DNA of 64,000 nucleotides from an uncultured Acidobacteriota bacterium (GTDB lineage Bacteria; Acidobacteriota; Thermoanaerobaculia; UBA5066). Shown here piece by piece: positions 32,660 to 43,965 of the stretch; position 1 is the stretch's first letter, and every line of letters starts with the position of its first letter. The position numbers and the translations under genes were made by a program. The notes below the pieces were generated by a model. The model did no database searches, was not told the DNA's origin, and saw only the letters and a list, made by a program, of their open reading frames with translations. The stretch is taken from contig CAVZYA010000001.1 of assembly GCA_963779415.1 (NCBI GenBank), positions 736,001 to 800,000 of the forward strand, given 5' to 3'.

Positions 32660-34756
32660 TCAACGCACCCGAAGCCAACGCGCCCCGTTGTCCAGACGCT
32701 CCACGGGCTCGGTGTGGCTCGACAGGAATTCGTAAAGAGCCGACCGACGGAGCTCGACCTCCGAACGTGCCGGGTCTCGAAACAGGACGAGCAGCCCCCG
32801 GCTCCGTCCCAGCGTCGCGATGAGCCTCTCCTCGACGCCCTCTCTCTCGAGGCAGTACCAGAGCCGCGGATTGACGTAGGTCCCATCCGGCGTGGAGGTT
32901 CCGGTCAACGCATAGAGGTTATCCGTGGGAACCGCGAAATTGAAGAAGCGTCCTCCCGGGGGAATCCGCCTCGCAACGGCCGCGACGAGATCCCTGCTGG
33001 ACGGGTCGTCCCAATAAAGAGTCGTCGTGGAGAACGGCAACCTCACGAGTGCCGCAGACGGAGCCGCCAGGATGACGAAGGCGCCTGCCAGAGCCGCGCT
33101 CCCTGAAGCGTGCTGGATCGCCGCTCCCCTCCCGTGGAACACCTTCCCGGTGAAAGTCCGTCCGGCGGCTCTCCCTGCCAGGAGCCCCAGCACTCCCGAG
33201 AGCGCCACCGGAGGGAGCGCGCGGCCGCTCGCCACTCCGGCCGCAATGCCGGCCACGGCAACGAGGATGGCGGGTGAGCGCAGCCACTTTCCGAGCCGCG
33301 CTGCGCCATCCAGCAGGATCGCCGAGAGGGTGATCAGGAGAGTGCACGTAACGGCCGGGACGTTTCCGTCGGAAGCCGACCCCCAAGGCCCCGCCACACC
33401 CGGATTCAACGGGTGGACATTCACCAGGCCTGGCCCCCTCGCCAGGACGACCAATGCCAGGACCACGGCTCCGATGGCGACGTGTCGGCGCCAACCCTCC
33501 ATGCGCGGCCGCTCGGCGTAGAGAACTCCAGCAAGGGCGGCCGGAGCCAGAAGTGAGAAAAGCGGTCTTGCGTCGTCCATCCACGCCGCGAGAGCCATCC
33601 CCGAGACCAGTATTCCCACGGCCCGGGCCAATCCGCCCCCGGAGAGATGGAATAGGGTGAGCGTGACGGTTGTCGAGAGAGCCGCGACGAAGATCAGACG
33701 CGTCGGAAACCCGCCAAGAGCGGGAATTGCTTGAAGGAGTACCGCCGAAAGGTGAGCGGCCAGGAGAAGAAGGCCTGCCGCCAGTCGCCATTCGAAGACG
33801 CCGTGCCGCCTCCGCGCCATGCGCAGGGCAGTCGAAGCCACGAGGATGGAGCGCGTGGCCAGCAGCGCCAGGAGTCCGATCGCCGAGGCGAGATGCGGGA
33901 CTCCCCAGCGGGGCCATGCCATTCCAATCGCGGAGAGCGCCATCCAGATCGCGGGCGATCTCGACGGTCTGGAGAGCGGAACGCTGTTTCTGATGAGGCC
34001 GACGGCGGGCAGGACGGCAAAGAGAAGCAAACCATCGATCATCGTCGGGAGATCGACCCCCCTGCCGATGTCCCGCGCGAACCCGCCGAAGAGCGGGATC
34101 AGGAATGTCCACCGGAAATGAGCCGTCGTGCGGAACCACGCTCCCCAACCCAGGAGGAAGGCGAGATAGGGAAGCGCGCCGATGGCAGCGACGAGCAGAC
34201 CGCCACGAAGACGGCGACGCCCTCCCGATCCCAGCGTCCAGGCCACGGCTGCCAGAAGCATCCAGGCCGCCGTCTGCTTGACCAGGATCGCGAGCCCCAG
34301 GGGGACAGCCGCCAGAACGAGACTCTGGTCGCGCCCTTCCTTCTCGTACTTTTCGAGTGCCAGAGCCGCGCCGAGCACCAGGGGGACGATGAACGGATCC
34401 GGCCAGAGGGTAGGTCCGTCCGTCGCGAGGCTCAGGAGGATGAAGAGCGGGACGCCGATCAAAAGGCCGATCGCGCCCGCCGTGACCCTCCGTCTTCCGG
34501 GGCGAACGCCCGCCACCAGGAGCACGCCCGTGGCCGCCATCGAGGTGCCGACGATTCCCTTGAAGAGAAGCGACGAGAAGCCGAACACCTTTCCCCCAAA
34601 TGCGATCATGAGAATCAGCAGGGGCGTGTGGGGAAAGAAGATCGAGTCATAGAGACGTGCTCCGCGCGTCACGAAGTACGCGGGAACGACGATCTCCGGC
34701 CAGGCATGGATCGGGAATACGAAAGCAGCCGCCCCCGCGATGACGCCACCAAGCAT
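32660..34756 (-). CDS. Polytopic membrane protein, probable GT-C-fold glycosyltransferase; start uncertain
   Basis: LYD..F.PHTP, LGLAILVKQ, many TM helices, soluble C-terminal domain. Confidence 0.6.
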   Translation of the reverse strand: MLGGVIAGAAAFVFPIHAWPEIVVPAYFVTRGARLYDSIFFPHTPLLILMIAFGGKVFGFSSLLFKGIVGTSMAATGVLLVAGVRPGRRRVTAGAIGLLIGVPLFILLSLATDGPTLWPDPFIVPLVLGAALALEKYEKEGRDQSLVLAAVPLGLAILVKQTAAWMLLAAVAWTLGSGGRRRLRGGLLVAAIGALPYLAFLLGWGAWFRTTAHFRWTFLIPLFGGFARDIGRGVDLPTMIDGLLLFAVLPAVGLIRNSVPLSRPSRSPAIWMALSAIGMAWPRWGVPHLASAIGLLALLATRSILVASTALRMARRRHGVFEWRLAAGLLLLAAHLSAVLLQAIPALGGFPTRLIFVAALSTTVTLTLFHLSGGGLARAVGILVSGMALAAWMDDARPLFSLLAPAALAGVLYAERPRMEGWRRHVAIGAVVLALVVLARGPGLVNVHPLNPGVAGPWGSASDGNVPAVTCTLLITLSAILLDGAARLGKWLRSPAILVAVAGIAAGVASGRALPPVALSGVLGLLAGRAAGRTFTGKVFHGRGAAIQHASGSAALAGAFVILAAPSAALVRLPFSTTTLYWDDPSSRDLVAAVARRIPPGGRFFNFAVPTDNLYALTGTSTPDGTYVNPRLWYCLEREGVEERLIATLGRSRGLLVLFRDPARSEVELRRSALYEFLSSHTEPVERLDNGARWLRVR

Positions 34757-34823
34757 GATCAGTAGGCTGAAGGGTGATGGTCGAAAGCGTGCGGGGTCAG
34801 GGCTCGGATCTCTTCTCGCGGGC

Positions 34824-35874
34824 TCAGCAGATCCGCGGGAGCTGTTCGCCGGTGAGGAGGTCCACGATCCGGAGGCCGCCGATCCGGCTTCGCATGACGA
34901 CCTTGCCGGTGTGGTCCGGGACGACGTCTCCGATTCGTGCGGCTTTCGCACCCAGAGGATGGCGCCGGAGGGCCGTCAGGGCGGCGTCGGCGGCTTCGGG
35001 CGCGACGATGACGAGGCACTTCCCCTCGTTCGCCACGTAAAGCGGATCGAGGCCGAGGATCTCGCAGGCGCCCCGGACGTCCTCGCTGACCGGGATGCTC
35101 GTCTCTTCGAGCCGGATCCCCACCTTCGCCTGGACGGCGATCTCGTTCAGCGTCGAAGCGACGCCCCCGCGGGTCGGGTCGCGGAGGACGTGGACCTTCT
35201 CCCCCGCCGCCGCGAGGAGCCCTTCGACAAGACCGTCGAGGGGCGCGCTGTCGGAGACCAGCTCCGTGTCGAACTTCAGCCCTTCGCGGACCGACATGAT
35301 GGCGATTCCATGGACGGCGATTTCGCCCGAGACGAGGACGACGTCCCCCGCCCGGGCCCGGCGCGGCGAGATCTCGATCCCTTCGCGGACGAGGCCGATT
35401 CCGGTCACGTTGACGAAGACGCCGTCCCCTTTTCCGCGGTCGACGACTTTCGTGTCGCCCGTGACGATCGGAACGCCGACGCCTTTCGCCGCGTTTCGCA
35501 TCGAGTCGACGATCCGCCGGAGGTCGTCCATCGGAAGACCTTCCTCGAGGATCAGCCCGGCGGAGAGCGCCAGCGGCTTCGCGCCGCACATGGCGAGGTC
35601 GTTGACAGTCCCGTAGACAGCGAGCGACCCGATGTCGCCGCCGGGGAAGAAGAGCGGCTTGACGACGAAGGAATCGGTCGAGAAGGCGAGCTTCTTCCCG
35701 CCGACGTCGAGGACGGCCCCGTCGTGCAGCTCGCGAAGGAGGGCGTTGTCGAACGACGGCACGAAGAGCTGGTCGATGAGCCGCTGAGTCAGCCGGCCGC
35801 CGCCGCCGTGCGCCAGGAGGACATGCGGATAGTCCGAGAGTCGGGACCGGGCAGGAGAGGTCGAAGTCGCTCAC
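34824..35874 (-). CDS. hypE: Carbamoyl dehydratase HypE, frameshift near 35840
   Basis: [35 protein letters not shown]-terminal PRIC. Confidence 0.95.
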
Positions 35875-36961
35875 ACCGCATCTCCCGTAGTTGTAGTAAG
35901 CCGCGCAGGCCCCTTCCGAGGAGACCATCGGCGCGCCGAGGGGCTTCTCCGGCGTGCATTGCGTCCCGAACGCGGCGCAGGCGCTCGGCTTCTTGAGGCC
36001 CCGGAGGATCTCCCCCGCGATGCAGATCGAGGGCTCTTCGGCCGTGATCGTCCCGACGTCGAAGCGCTTCACGGCGTCGTGACCGGCGTATTCGTCCCTC
36101 AGCCGCCATCCGCTCTTCGGGATGACGCCGATGCCGCGCCACGGCGCGGTCGCAGACCTCGAAGACCTCGGCGAGCGTCTCCTGCGCCCTCACGTTCCCG
36201 TCGCGCGTGACGGAGCGGGCGTACTGGTTCTCGACGCCGACGCGCCCCTCTTCGAGGGCTTTGAGGGTGAGCTGGATGCCGTGCATCAGGTCGAGCGGCT
36301 CGAAACCGGTCACGACGACCGGGATCCGGTACTTCTCGGCGATCGGCTCGTACTCGCGGTAGCCCATGACGGTGCAGACGTGGCCGGCCGCGAGGAACCC
36401 CTGCACGCGGTTCGTCGGGGAGCCGAGGATCGCTTCCATCGCGGGGGGGACGAGGACGTGGGAGACGAGGAGGGAGAAGTTCGGGACCCCCGCCTTCTTC
36501 GCCTGCCAGACGGCCATGGCGTTGGCCGGGGCCGTCGTCTCGAAGCCGACGGCGAAGAAGACGACTTCCTTTTCCGGGTTCTTCCGCGCGATCTCCAGCG
36601 CGTCGAGCGGCGAGTAGACCATCCGGACGTCGCCCCCCGAGGCCTTGACCGAAAGAAGATCGCTCTTCGAGCCGGGGACGCGGAGCATGTCGCCGAACGA
36701 CGTGAAGACGACGCCGGGCCGTCGGGCGATGGCGATCGCGCGGTCGATCATCTCGAGCGGCGTCACGCAGACCGGGCAGCCGGGGCCGTGGACCATCGTG
36801 ACGAACGGCGGGAGCATCTCGTCGATCCCGAACCGGATCAGCGTGTGCGTCTGCCCGCCGCAGATCTCCATCAGCGTCCAGGGGCGGGAGACGAGGCCGC
36901 GGATCGACGCGGCGAACTTCCGGACCGATTCACCGTCCCGGTACTCGTCGACGAAGCGCAC
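35871..36961 (-). CDS. hypD: Hydrogenase formation protein HypD, frameshift near 36140
   Basis: [35 protein letters not shown]. Confidence 0.95.
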
Positions 36962-36974
36962 GCGAGAGACTCCG

Positions 36975-37238
36975 TCAGCCCTTCGTTTCCGCCGGCGGGT
37001 TGAGGTCGGCGAGGTCCCCCATCTCCTGAAGAGTCCGGAAGACCTCCTTCGCCGACTCCTCGTCCAGCTTCGAGATGGCAAAGCCGACGTGGACGAGGAC
37101 CCAGTCCCCGGCCTCCGCCTCCGGCGTGTACATCAGGCAGACCTCCTTCGAGATCCCGCCGAACTTCACGACGCCCATCGTCATCCCGAGGTCGTTCCGC
37201 TCGACGCGGACGATCTGTCCCGGCACGCCCAGGCACAT
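36975..37238 (-). CDS. hypC: Hydrogenase chaperone HypC
   Basis: [14 protein letters not shown]. Confidence 0.95.
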   Translation of the reverse strand: MCLGVPGQIVRVERNDLGMTMGVVKFGGISKEVCLMYTPEAEAGDWVLVHVGFAISKLDEESAKEVFRTLQEMGDLADLNPPAETKG

Positions 37239-37253
37239 ACGTGGTCCCCCCGC

Positions 37254-39650
37254 TCAGACCAGAATAGCGCGTCCGGAGGCAATCCGCGCCGCCGCCACGG
37301 CTGCCTGCCCGAGGCAGATGCCGCCGTCGTTCGGCGGGACCTCGCGGTGGAGAAGGACGTCGAATCCTTCGCGACGGAGGGCCGCCGCGGTTCGCTCGGT
37401 CAGGAGCCTGTTCTGGAAGCAGCCGCCGGTCAGCGCGACACGCGGACAGCCGACGCGGCGGGCCACCTCCACGATCGCCGCGGCGAGCGCGTTGTGAAAA
37501 CGCGCGGCAAGCCGCGCGATCGGAACGCCGGCTGCGTGCTCGGCGAGGAGGGCCGAGACGAGGGGAGCCCAGTCGAGAAGGATCTTTGAGGGGGAAGCTG
37601 ACGCATCTACCGTCGGTGCGGTACCTGGCGCGCAGTCACGAAACGCGAGGAGACCGATTTCCTCGAGGGGTAATTCAAGAGACCCCGTGCCGACCTCTCC
37701 GGGGTCGGCGAGCCATTCGAGCTGCATGGCCGCCTGCCCTTCGAAGGAGCATCTCTGTGCCACGCCGAGAAGCGAAGCGACGGCGTCGAAGAGCCGGCCG
37801 GCGGATGACGTCACCGGGGAATTGAGGTTTCTTTCCAGCATCGATGAGAGGACTCGCTTCTCGGCCGCAGAAAACGCTCCCGAGGTCGCACCTGCTCCTT
37901 CTTTCTTACCTTCCAAGAAATCCCCCGTCGTTCCCCTTCCCCCTCTCTCTCTTTCTTCTTCAACCGCCATCTCCCAGAGGATCCCCGCCGCGCTGCGGCG
38001 TGGCTCGCGGACGGCGGCTTCGCCGCCGGGGAGGCGGAACGGCTTGAGATGCGCGACGCGCTCGTACCCGTTCGCATCGCCGAGAAGGAACTCGCCTCCC
38101 CAGACCGTCCCGTCCGTGCCGTAGCCCGTCCCGTCCCACGTGACGCCGAGGGCCGGGCCGTCGACGCCGTTCTCGGCGAGGCAGGAGGCGAGGTGGGCAT
38201 GGTGGTGCTGGACGGGGATCGTCGGGAGCCCCGACGCGAGCGCCCACTTCGTCGAGAGGTAGTCGGGGTGGAGGTCGTGCGCGACCGCCGACGGCGTCAC
38301 CTCGTAAAGGCGCGCCAGATCCCCGATCACCCGTTCGAACGCCGCGAGCGCCTGCGGCGTCTCGAGGTCGCCGATGTGCTGCGAAATGAAAGCCTGCCGT
38401 CCCACGGCGAGCGCCACGGCGTTCTTCAGGTGGGCGCCGACGGCGAGGAGCGGCGGCACCTCGTGCGGCAGGCGGACCGGGAGCGGCGCGAAGCCTCGTG
38501 CCCGGCGCAGGAGCCGCGGGACGCCGTCCACGATCCGCGCTACGCTGTCGTCCATGTGCCTCTCGATGGGGCGGTCGTGGACGAGGAAGAGGTCCGCCAT
38601 CCCGCCGAGGCGGACGAGCGCTTCTCTCTCGTCCGTGCAGATCGGCTCGTCGGAGAGGTTTCCACTGGTGGCGACGATCGGAAACTCGAGCGTGTCGAGC
38701 ATCAGGTGGTGGAGCGGCGTCGCAGGAAGCATCAGGCCGAGGTTCGGGTTCCCCGGCGCCACGTTCTGGGCCACTCCGTTTCCTTCCCGCGCCGGGAGAA
38801 GAACGATGGGCCGCTCCGGCGACTCAAGAAGGAGCGCCGCCTCCTCCGAGACCTCGCAGAGTCTCCTCGCAGCGGGAATGTCGCGGACCATCAGGGCGAG
38901 AGGCTTTTCGTACCGCTGCTTCCGCTCGCGTAGAAGCGCGACGGCGGCCCCGTTTTGCGCGTCGCATGTCAGGTGGAAGCCGCCGAGCCCCTTCACGGCC
39001 GCGATCCGGCCCTTCGAGAGAGCCTCGCCGCAGGCGAGCAGGGCGTCGTCCTGGGTCGCGAGGACGTCACCGGACGGTGCCCAGAGTTCGAGATGAGGCC
39101 CGCAGCTATCGCACGCGTTCGGCTGGGCATGAAAGCGCCGGTCGCGCGGGCTCTCGTATTCGGCACGGCAATCCGCGCAGAGCGCGAAGCCCGCCATCGT
39201 CGTGTTCGGCCTGTCGTACGGCAGCGCCCGGAGGATCGTGAAGCGCGGCCCGCAGTTCGTGCAGTTCGTGAAGGGATAGCGGTGCCGGCGGCTCGACGCG
39301 TCCCGCACCTCGGAAAGACAGACGCCGCACGTCGCGATATCCGGCAGGACGAGAACGCTCTTCGCCCCATTCTCGTGGCTGAACCGGATCTCGAAGGCCG
39401 ACGCCCCTTCAGGGGGGACCTCCCGGTCGCGGACCGAGGTGATCCGGGCGCGAGGAGGGGGATCTTCCTCCAGCCGCTCCCGGAACCGGCCGACGGCGGC
39501 GGCGTCCCCCTCCACCTCGAGGAAAACGCCGCGCCCGTCGTTCCGGACCCAGCCACCGAGCCCCCCGTCCGCCGCGAGGCGGTAGACGAACGGCCGAAAG
39601 CCGACCCCCTGGACGGCCCCCTCGATCTCGACCCGAAGCCTCGTCCGCAC
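37254..39650 (-). CDS. hypF: Carbamoyltransferase HypF
   Basis: VQGVGFRP, CTNCGPR, RFHAQPNAC, HDLHPDY, QHHHAH, PPNDGG. Confidence 0.96.
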   Translation of the reverse strand: MRTRLRVEIEGAVQGVGFRPFVYRLAADGGLGGWVRNDGRGVFLEVEGDAAAVGRFRERLEEDPPPRARITSVRDREVPPEGASAFEIRFSHENGAKSVLVLPDIATCGVCLSEVRDASSRRHRYPFTNCTNCGPRFTILRALPYDRPNTTMAGFALCADCRAEYESPRDRRFHAQPNACDSCGPHLELWAPSGDVLATQDDALLACGEALSKGRIAAVKGLGGFHLTCDAQNGAAVALLRERKQRYEKPLALMVRDIPAARRLCEVSEEAALLLESPERPIVLLPAREGNGVAQNVAPGNPNLGLMLPATPLHHLMLDTLEFPIVATSGNLSDEPICTDEREALVRLGGMADLFLVHDRPIERHMDDSVARIVDGVPRLLRRARGFAPLPVRLPHEVPPLLAVGAHLKNAVALAVGRQAFISQHIGDLETPQALAAFERVIGDLARLYEVTPSAVAHDLHPDYLSTKWALASGLPTIPVQHHHAHLASCLAENGVDGPALGVTWDGTGYGTDGTVWGGEFLLGDANGYERVAHLKPFRLPGGEAAVREPRRSAAGILWEMAVEEERERGGRGTTGDFLEGKKEGAGATSGAFSAAEKRVLSSMLERNLNSPVTSSAGRLFDAVASLLGVAQRCSFEGQAAMQLEWLADPGEVGTGSLELPLEEIGLLAFRDCAPGTAPTVDASASPSKILLDWAPLVSALLAEHAAGVPIARLAARFHNALAAAIVEVARRVGCPRVALTGGCFQNRLLTERTAAALRREGFDVLLHREVPPNDGGICLGQAAVAAARIASGRAILV

Positions 39651-39708
39651 CGGAGAGGAGATTACCCGGCGCCGCCGGAGCCCGCGTCCGGGGCCGGAAG
39701 GTCCTGGA

Positions 39709-42700
39709 TCAGGCGGGCGGCTTCCCGCGGCCGATCGAGATGTAGAAGCGGCCGCCGACGAGCGCCGGGTCTCCAGGGTATCCGAGCGCCTTGAAGTCGA
39801 GCCGCTCCTTCACCTCGGGGTATACCTTCCGCCGGTGCTCGGGGAGGTCCATCTGCTGGGCCTTCTGGTGACAGCGCGTGCAGGTGATCGCCTCGGCCTG
39901 GTGGCAGTCGGCGCAGCCGAGCGCCTTCTTCGCCGGGACGACCTCGTGGTGGATCCCGGAGTACATCTTCGTCTCGACGAAGCCGTACTCGCCGGAGTAG
40001 GGGACCCCCGCCTTCTTCATCCCGTCCGTGATCGCCTTCGACAGGTCGAAGTGTGTCCAGAAGCCGTCCCGGAGCTCCGAGATGGCGAGGACGTTGTTCC
40101 CCTTGTCGTACGGGAGGACGGCGGTGTGGAGCTTGAAGGGGAAGATGCGCGCGTCGGGCGTCCGCTTCTCGCCGACCGGGGCGTTCAGGGCGACCGGCTT
40201 GGACGGGTCGATCTTCTCGCCGACGAGCGACGCCGAGCGCGTGCCGTCGTACCAGAGATAGACGGGAAGGACGTCCTTGCCCCACGTGAGGGCGCCGAGC
40301 TTCTTGTCGTAGACGGGCCGCCCGTACGCGTCGGTCTTCTCGGGGCGGTCTTGTCCGGCCACGGAGAAGTCCGCGCCGCACGAGGGTCGGCGCGACGTGG
40401 GCGAAGGAGGGGATGTGGCACGTCTCGCACGCGACGGCCCGGACGTGGTCGTCGAGATGCCGGGAGAGGGGCCCGGCGACGCCGTGGGGCGTCAGGCCGT
40501 GGCACTTCTCGCAGCGGACGCGCCCCTCGACGGCCGGCGCTGAGAAGGACATCCCGGCGATCCGGTGGGCCGTCGTCGTGTGGCAGTCCTGACACCTCAT
40601 GTTCAGGGTGCCCATGTGCATGTCGAGGCCTTCGGCGTTCGAGGCGAGGTCCGGCTCGAGGTCGCCGTGGGCCGCGTTCGGAGCGCCGCCGACCCCGAAA
40701 TGGCACGAGCCGCACTCGCGACGTCCGGGACGTCCGATCTTCCGGGCGAGCGCCGCGAAATCGGTCGACGGGTCCGGCTGCCCCGCGCGGCCCACCACCT
40801 TCCTGTACGTCCCGGTCGAGTCGTGGCAGACGAGGCAGTCAATATTCGCCGGGTCCTTGAAGTCGAAGGTCCCGTCCATCCGGCCGTAGCCGATGTGGGT
40901 GACGGCGCTCTGCGGGGCCGTCGGGGCAATCGTGATGTAGTAGCTGTTGATCATCGAGGCGAGGGCCACCTCGGCGCGGTGTTCCTGCCCGACGATGGTG
41001 GGGGACCGCCCCTTCCAGAGCCAGTGGGCCGTCGAGAGGATGTCCTGTCCGACTTTCGCGTGGCACGTCAGGCACTCGCGCGTCACGTCCTGCGGCCCCG
41101 GCTTCTCCTTGAAGACGACGAGCGCGGCGTGGTTCGGTGTCAGGGGATGATGACAGCCGGCGCAGTCCGTCGGGGCCGTCGTCGGCTTGGGCTGCCGCTC
41201 GTGGCAGCCGATGCACTGCCGGTGGTAGGCCCCCTTCAGCCCGATGCGGGAGGGGGCGTCGGCCTCGTTCGGCAGTCCGTGGCAATGCATGCAGCTCTGG
41301 GGGGGACGGTCGGCCATGTTGTCGTGGCAGGCTGAGCAGGGGCCGCCGAGCTTCACGTCCATCGAGGCGTGAATCTCCTTGATGTCGGTCCCCACGCGGT
41401 CCTCGGTCGAGCTCGCGTGGCGGTGGTGGCAGACCCCGCAGTCCCCGTTGACCAGCTCGTCGTGGATCCGGTGGGCGAACGGGACGGGCTCGTAGTCGTC
41501 CCCCTGGGCCTTGAGGACCGCGGCGTCGAGGAGGTAGAAGTTCTTGTAGCCCGACGGACGGTGCGGGTACGCGGGACCCTTCTCGCTCGCCCGCGCCGGG
41601 GGCTTCGCCGCCGTGACCCGCTGGACCTCCTTCACGGTCAGCTCGCTCGCCTGGATCGCCTCTCTGTGGACGACGACGTAGAGGGCGACGAACCCGAAGA
41701 CGGAGGCGAGGGCGAGGCCGCGGACAACCCAGGTCCAGAACGGGGAGACCGCCTCGGCCCCCTCGTGCGCGAGCGGGGACGGAGCCTTCTCCTCGGCGGC
41801 GGCGCTCCCCGGCAGGATCGGGAAGAAGGTGACCATGAACCGGTAGCAGAAGAAGATCGAGCAGACGATCGCGATCGTCATCGAGATCTCGCCGACCGAC
41901 GGGAAGTAGGCCTTCTGCGAGAACGGCGGCTCGTAGGCGACGAGGAAGACGTTGAACCGGTTCAGGATGACGCCGAAGATGACGAGGCAGGCGCTGAAGA
42001 AGAGCCAGCCGGCGGAACGGCGGACCCCCTCGTTCATCAGGAGGACGAGCGGCGCCACGACCCCGAGGAGGAGCTCGACGGCGAGGGCGACCGTCGCGCC
42101 CGGGTGCGACACGAAGTCGAGCTGCCGGTGCCGGACGACGAGGTCGCCGATCTTGACGACCGCGTAGGCGCCGAGGAACCAGGGGATGAAGCGGGAGAGG
42201 GGCGCCAGAAGGTCCATCTCCGGCTTCCGGCCGAAGCTCGTGCTCGAGTAGATCGACTCGAGGATGACCATCGGGTACCCGACCGCCATCGCCGACATCA
42301 GGAAGAGGAGCGGGAGGATCGGCGTGTCCCAGATCGGGTTCAGCTTCGTGTGGGCGATCATCATCAGCGTCCCGAGGGACGACTGGTGCATGCACGAGAG
42401 GACGACGCCCGCGACGATGAAGACGGGGAGGATGATCCTGATCCAGGAGTGGATCGTCAGGATCGGCTTCTTGATCTTCCGGAGGACGCGGGCCCCCCAC
42501 TCGTCCCCCTCGGCCCGGGCCCGGAGGCCCTCGAGGACCGCCGGGCTCGTCTCGATCGCGAGGACCATGAGGTAGGCCATGACGCACATGCCCACCTCGA
42601 AGAGGACCGAGTTGCCCTGCCAGTTGAAGAGCGGGCGCCAGATGTTCCACCAGCGGCCGAGGTCGAACATGAGCGCGATGGCGACCCACAGGTAGCCGAG

Positions 42701-42994
42701 GAAGGCCGTCAGGATCGCCGGGCGGAGAAGCGGCTTGAACTTCTTCTTCCCGAAGATGTCGACGAGGGCGGCCGTCGTGAAGCCGCCCGCCGCGAGCGCG
42801 ACGCCGCAGGCGACGTCGAAGGAGATCCAGATCCCCCACGTGTTGATGTCGTCGAGGTTCGTGACGAACCTCAGCCCGAGGAGGAGCCGGGTGATGCCGA
42901 ACGCGTAGCCGACCGCCATGAAGACGAGGATGGCGATCGTGCCCGCCGTGAAGAACGGCTTCGATAGGCGCTGGGGGCGCTCGTGCGGGCTCAC
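39709..42994 (-). CDS. Fusion of NrfD/HybB-like membrane domain, cytochrome c3-like region and octaheme tetrathionate reductase-like domain (13 CxxCH), frameshift near 40375
   Basis: WGIWISFDV..GVALAAGG, MHQSSLG, LNRFNV; then CGVCH, CSACH, CMHCH, CIGCH, CAGCH, CLTCH, CLVCH, CGSCH, CQDCH, CEKCH, CETCH and, after the shift, CADCH, CTRCH; OTR-like IFPFKLH and LDFKALGY.GDP. Confidence 0.88.
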
Positions 42995-43965
42995 GCGGCA
43001 CCTCCCTCACCGCCGGAGGCGGGAGGCGTCGGTCCGGCGGCTCCGGGCGGCGCGCCGCCCCCTTCGGCCTTCCGGTTGTTCATCCACATGATGCCGGCGA
43101 GCAGGCCGTAGAGGGCGATCGGGATCGCCCCGAACCTGAAGATCCCGTGCTGGATCGCCTCGGTCCGGAGGGCCGGCGCCTCCGTCGTCAGCTTCAGGAG
43201 GCCGATCTCCTCGGGCGGGCGGCCGGTCAGGTAGATCCAGGAAGTGCCGCCCACCTCGTGCTCTCCGTAGACGTGCGGGACGTACCGGTCGGGGCGCTTC
43301 TCGAGTCGGTCCTTCGCCATCGCCATGAGCTCGACCCGCGTCCCGAAGACGAGCGCCTCCGTGGGACAGGAGGCGGCGCAGGCCGGGTTCGCCCCGGTCC
43401 CCTTGGCGCGGTCGGTGCAGAACTCGCACTTGCGCACCTTCGGGGTGAGCGCGACGCCGAACTGGTAGGCGGGGACCTCGAACGGGCAGGCGATCTGGCA
43501 GTAGCGGCAGCCGACGCAGATCGTCGGGTCGTAGACGACGGCTCCGTCCTTCGACTTCGTCAGGGCGCCGACGATGCAAGCCGAGACGCACGACGGGATC
43601 AGGCAGTGCATGCACTGGACCTTGCAGTTGGTCTCGGCGCTCGCGGCCTGGTCGGGCGACGGGCTCCCGGGGAACCTGTTCACGACCGTGAAGGCGTTCT
43701 CCGTCGGGCGCCGGAACGTCCGGAGCCCGTCCCGGTTCTCGAAGGAGTCGGCGGTCCGGGGGAGGTGGTTCCGCCGGTTGCAGGCCTCCTCGCACTTGCG
43801 GCACCCGATGCAGAGGGTCGTGTCGACGAGGACGGCCGCGTAGTCCGGGGCGGGTTCGGCCTTCCCCCTGGCGTCCTTCTCCTCCGGGGCGGCCAGCGCC
43901 GCCGTAGCGGCCACGGTCGAGGTCGTCAGCCCGAGGTTCAGCAGGGCCCGTCGGCTCAATGTCAT
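42991..43965 (-). CDS. Tat-exported 4Fe-4S protein, HybA/HmcB-like
   Basis: SRRALL; CIGCRKCEEAC, CMHC...CVSAC, CVGCRYCQIACP, KCEFC; YGEHEVGGTSW; C-terminal TM. Confidence 0.92.
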   Translation of the reverse strand: MTLSRRALLNLGLTTSTVAATAALAAPEEKDARGKAEPAPDYAAVLVDTTLCIGCRKCEEACNRRNHLPRTADSFENRDGLRTFRRPTENAFTVVNRFPGSPSPDQAASAETNCKVQCMHCLIPSCVSACIVGALTKSKDGAVVYDPTICVGCRYCQIACPFEVPAYQFGVALTPKVRKCEFCTDRAKGTGANPACAASCPTEALVFGTRVELMAMAKDRLEKRPDRYVPHVYGEHEVGGTSWIYLTGRPPEEIGLLKLTTEAPALRTEAIQHGIFRFGAIPIALYGLLAGIMWMNNRKAEGGGAPPGAAGPTPPASGGEGGAA

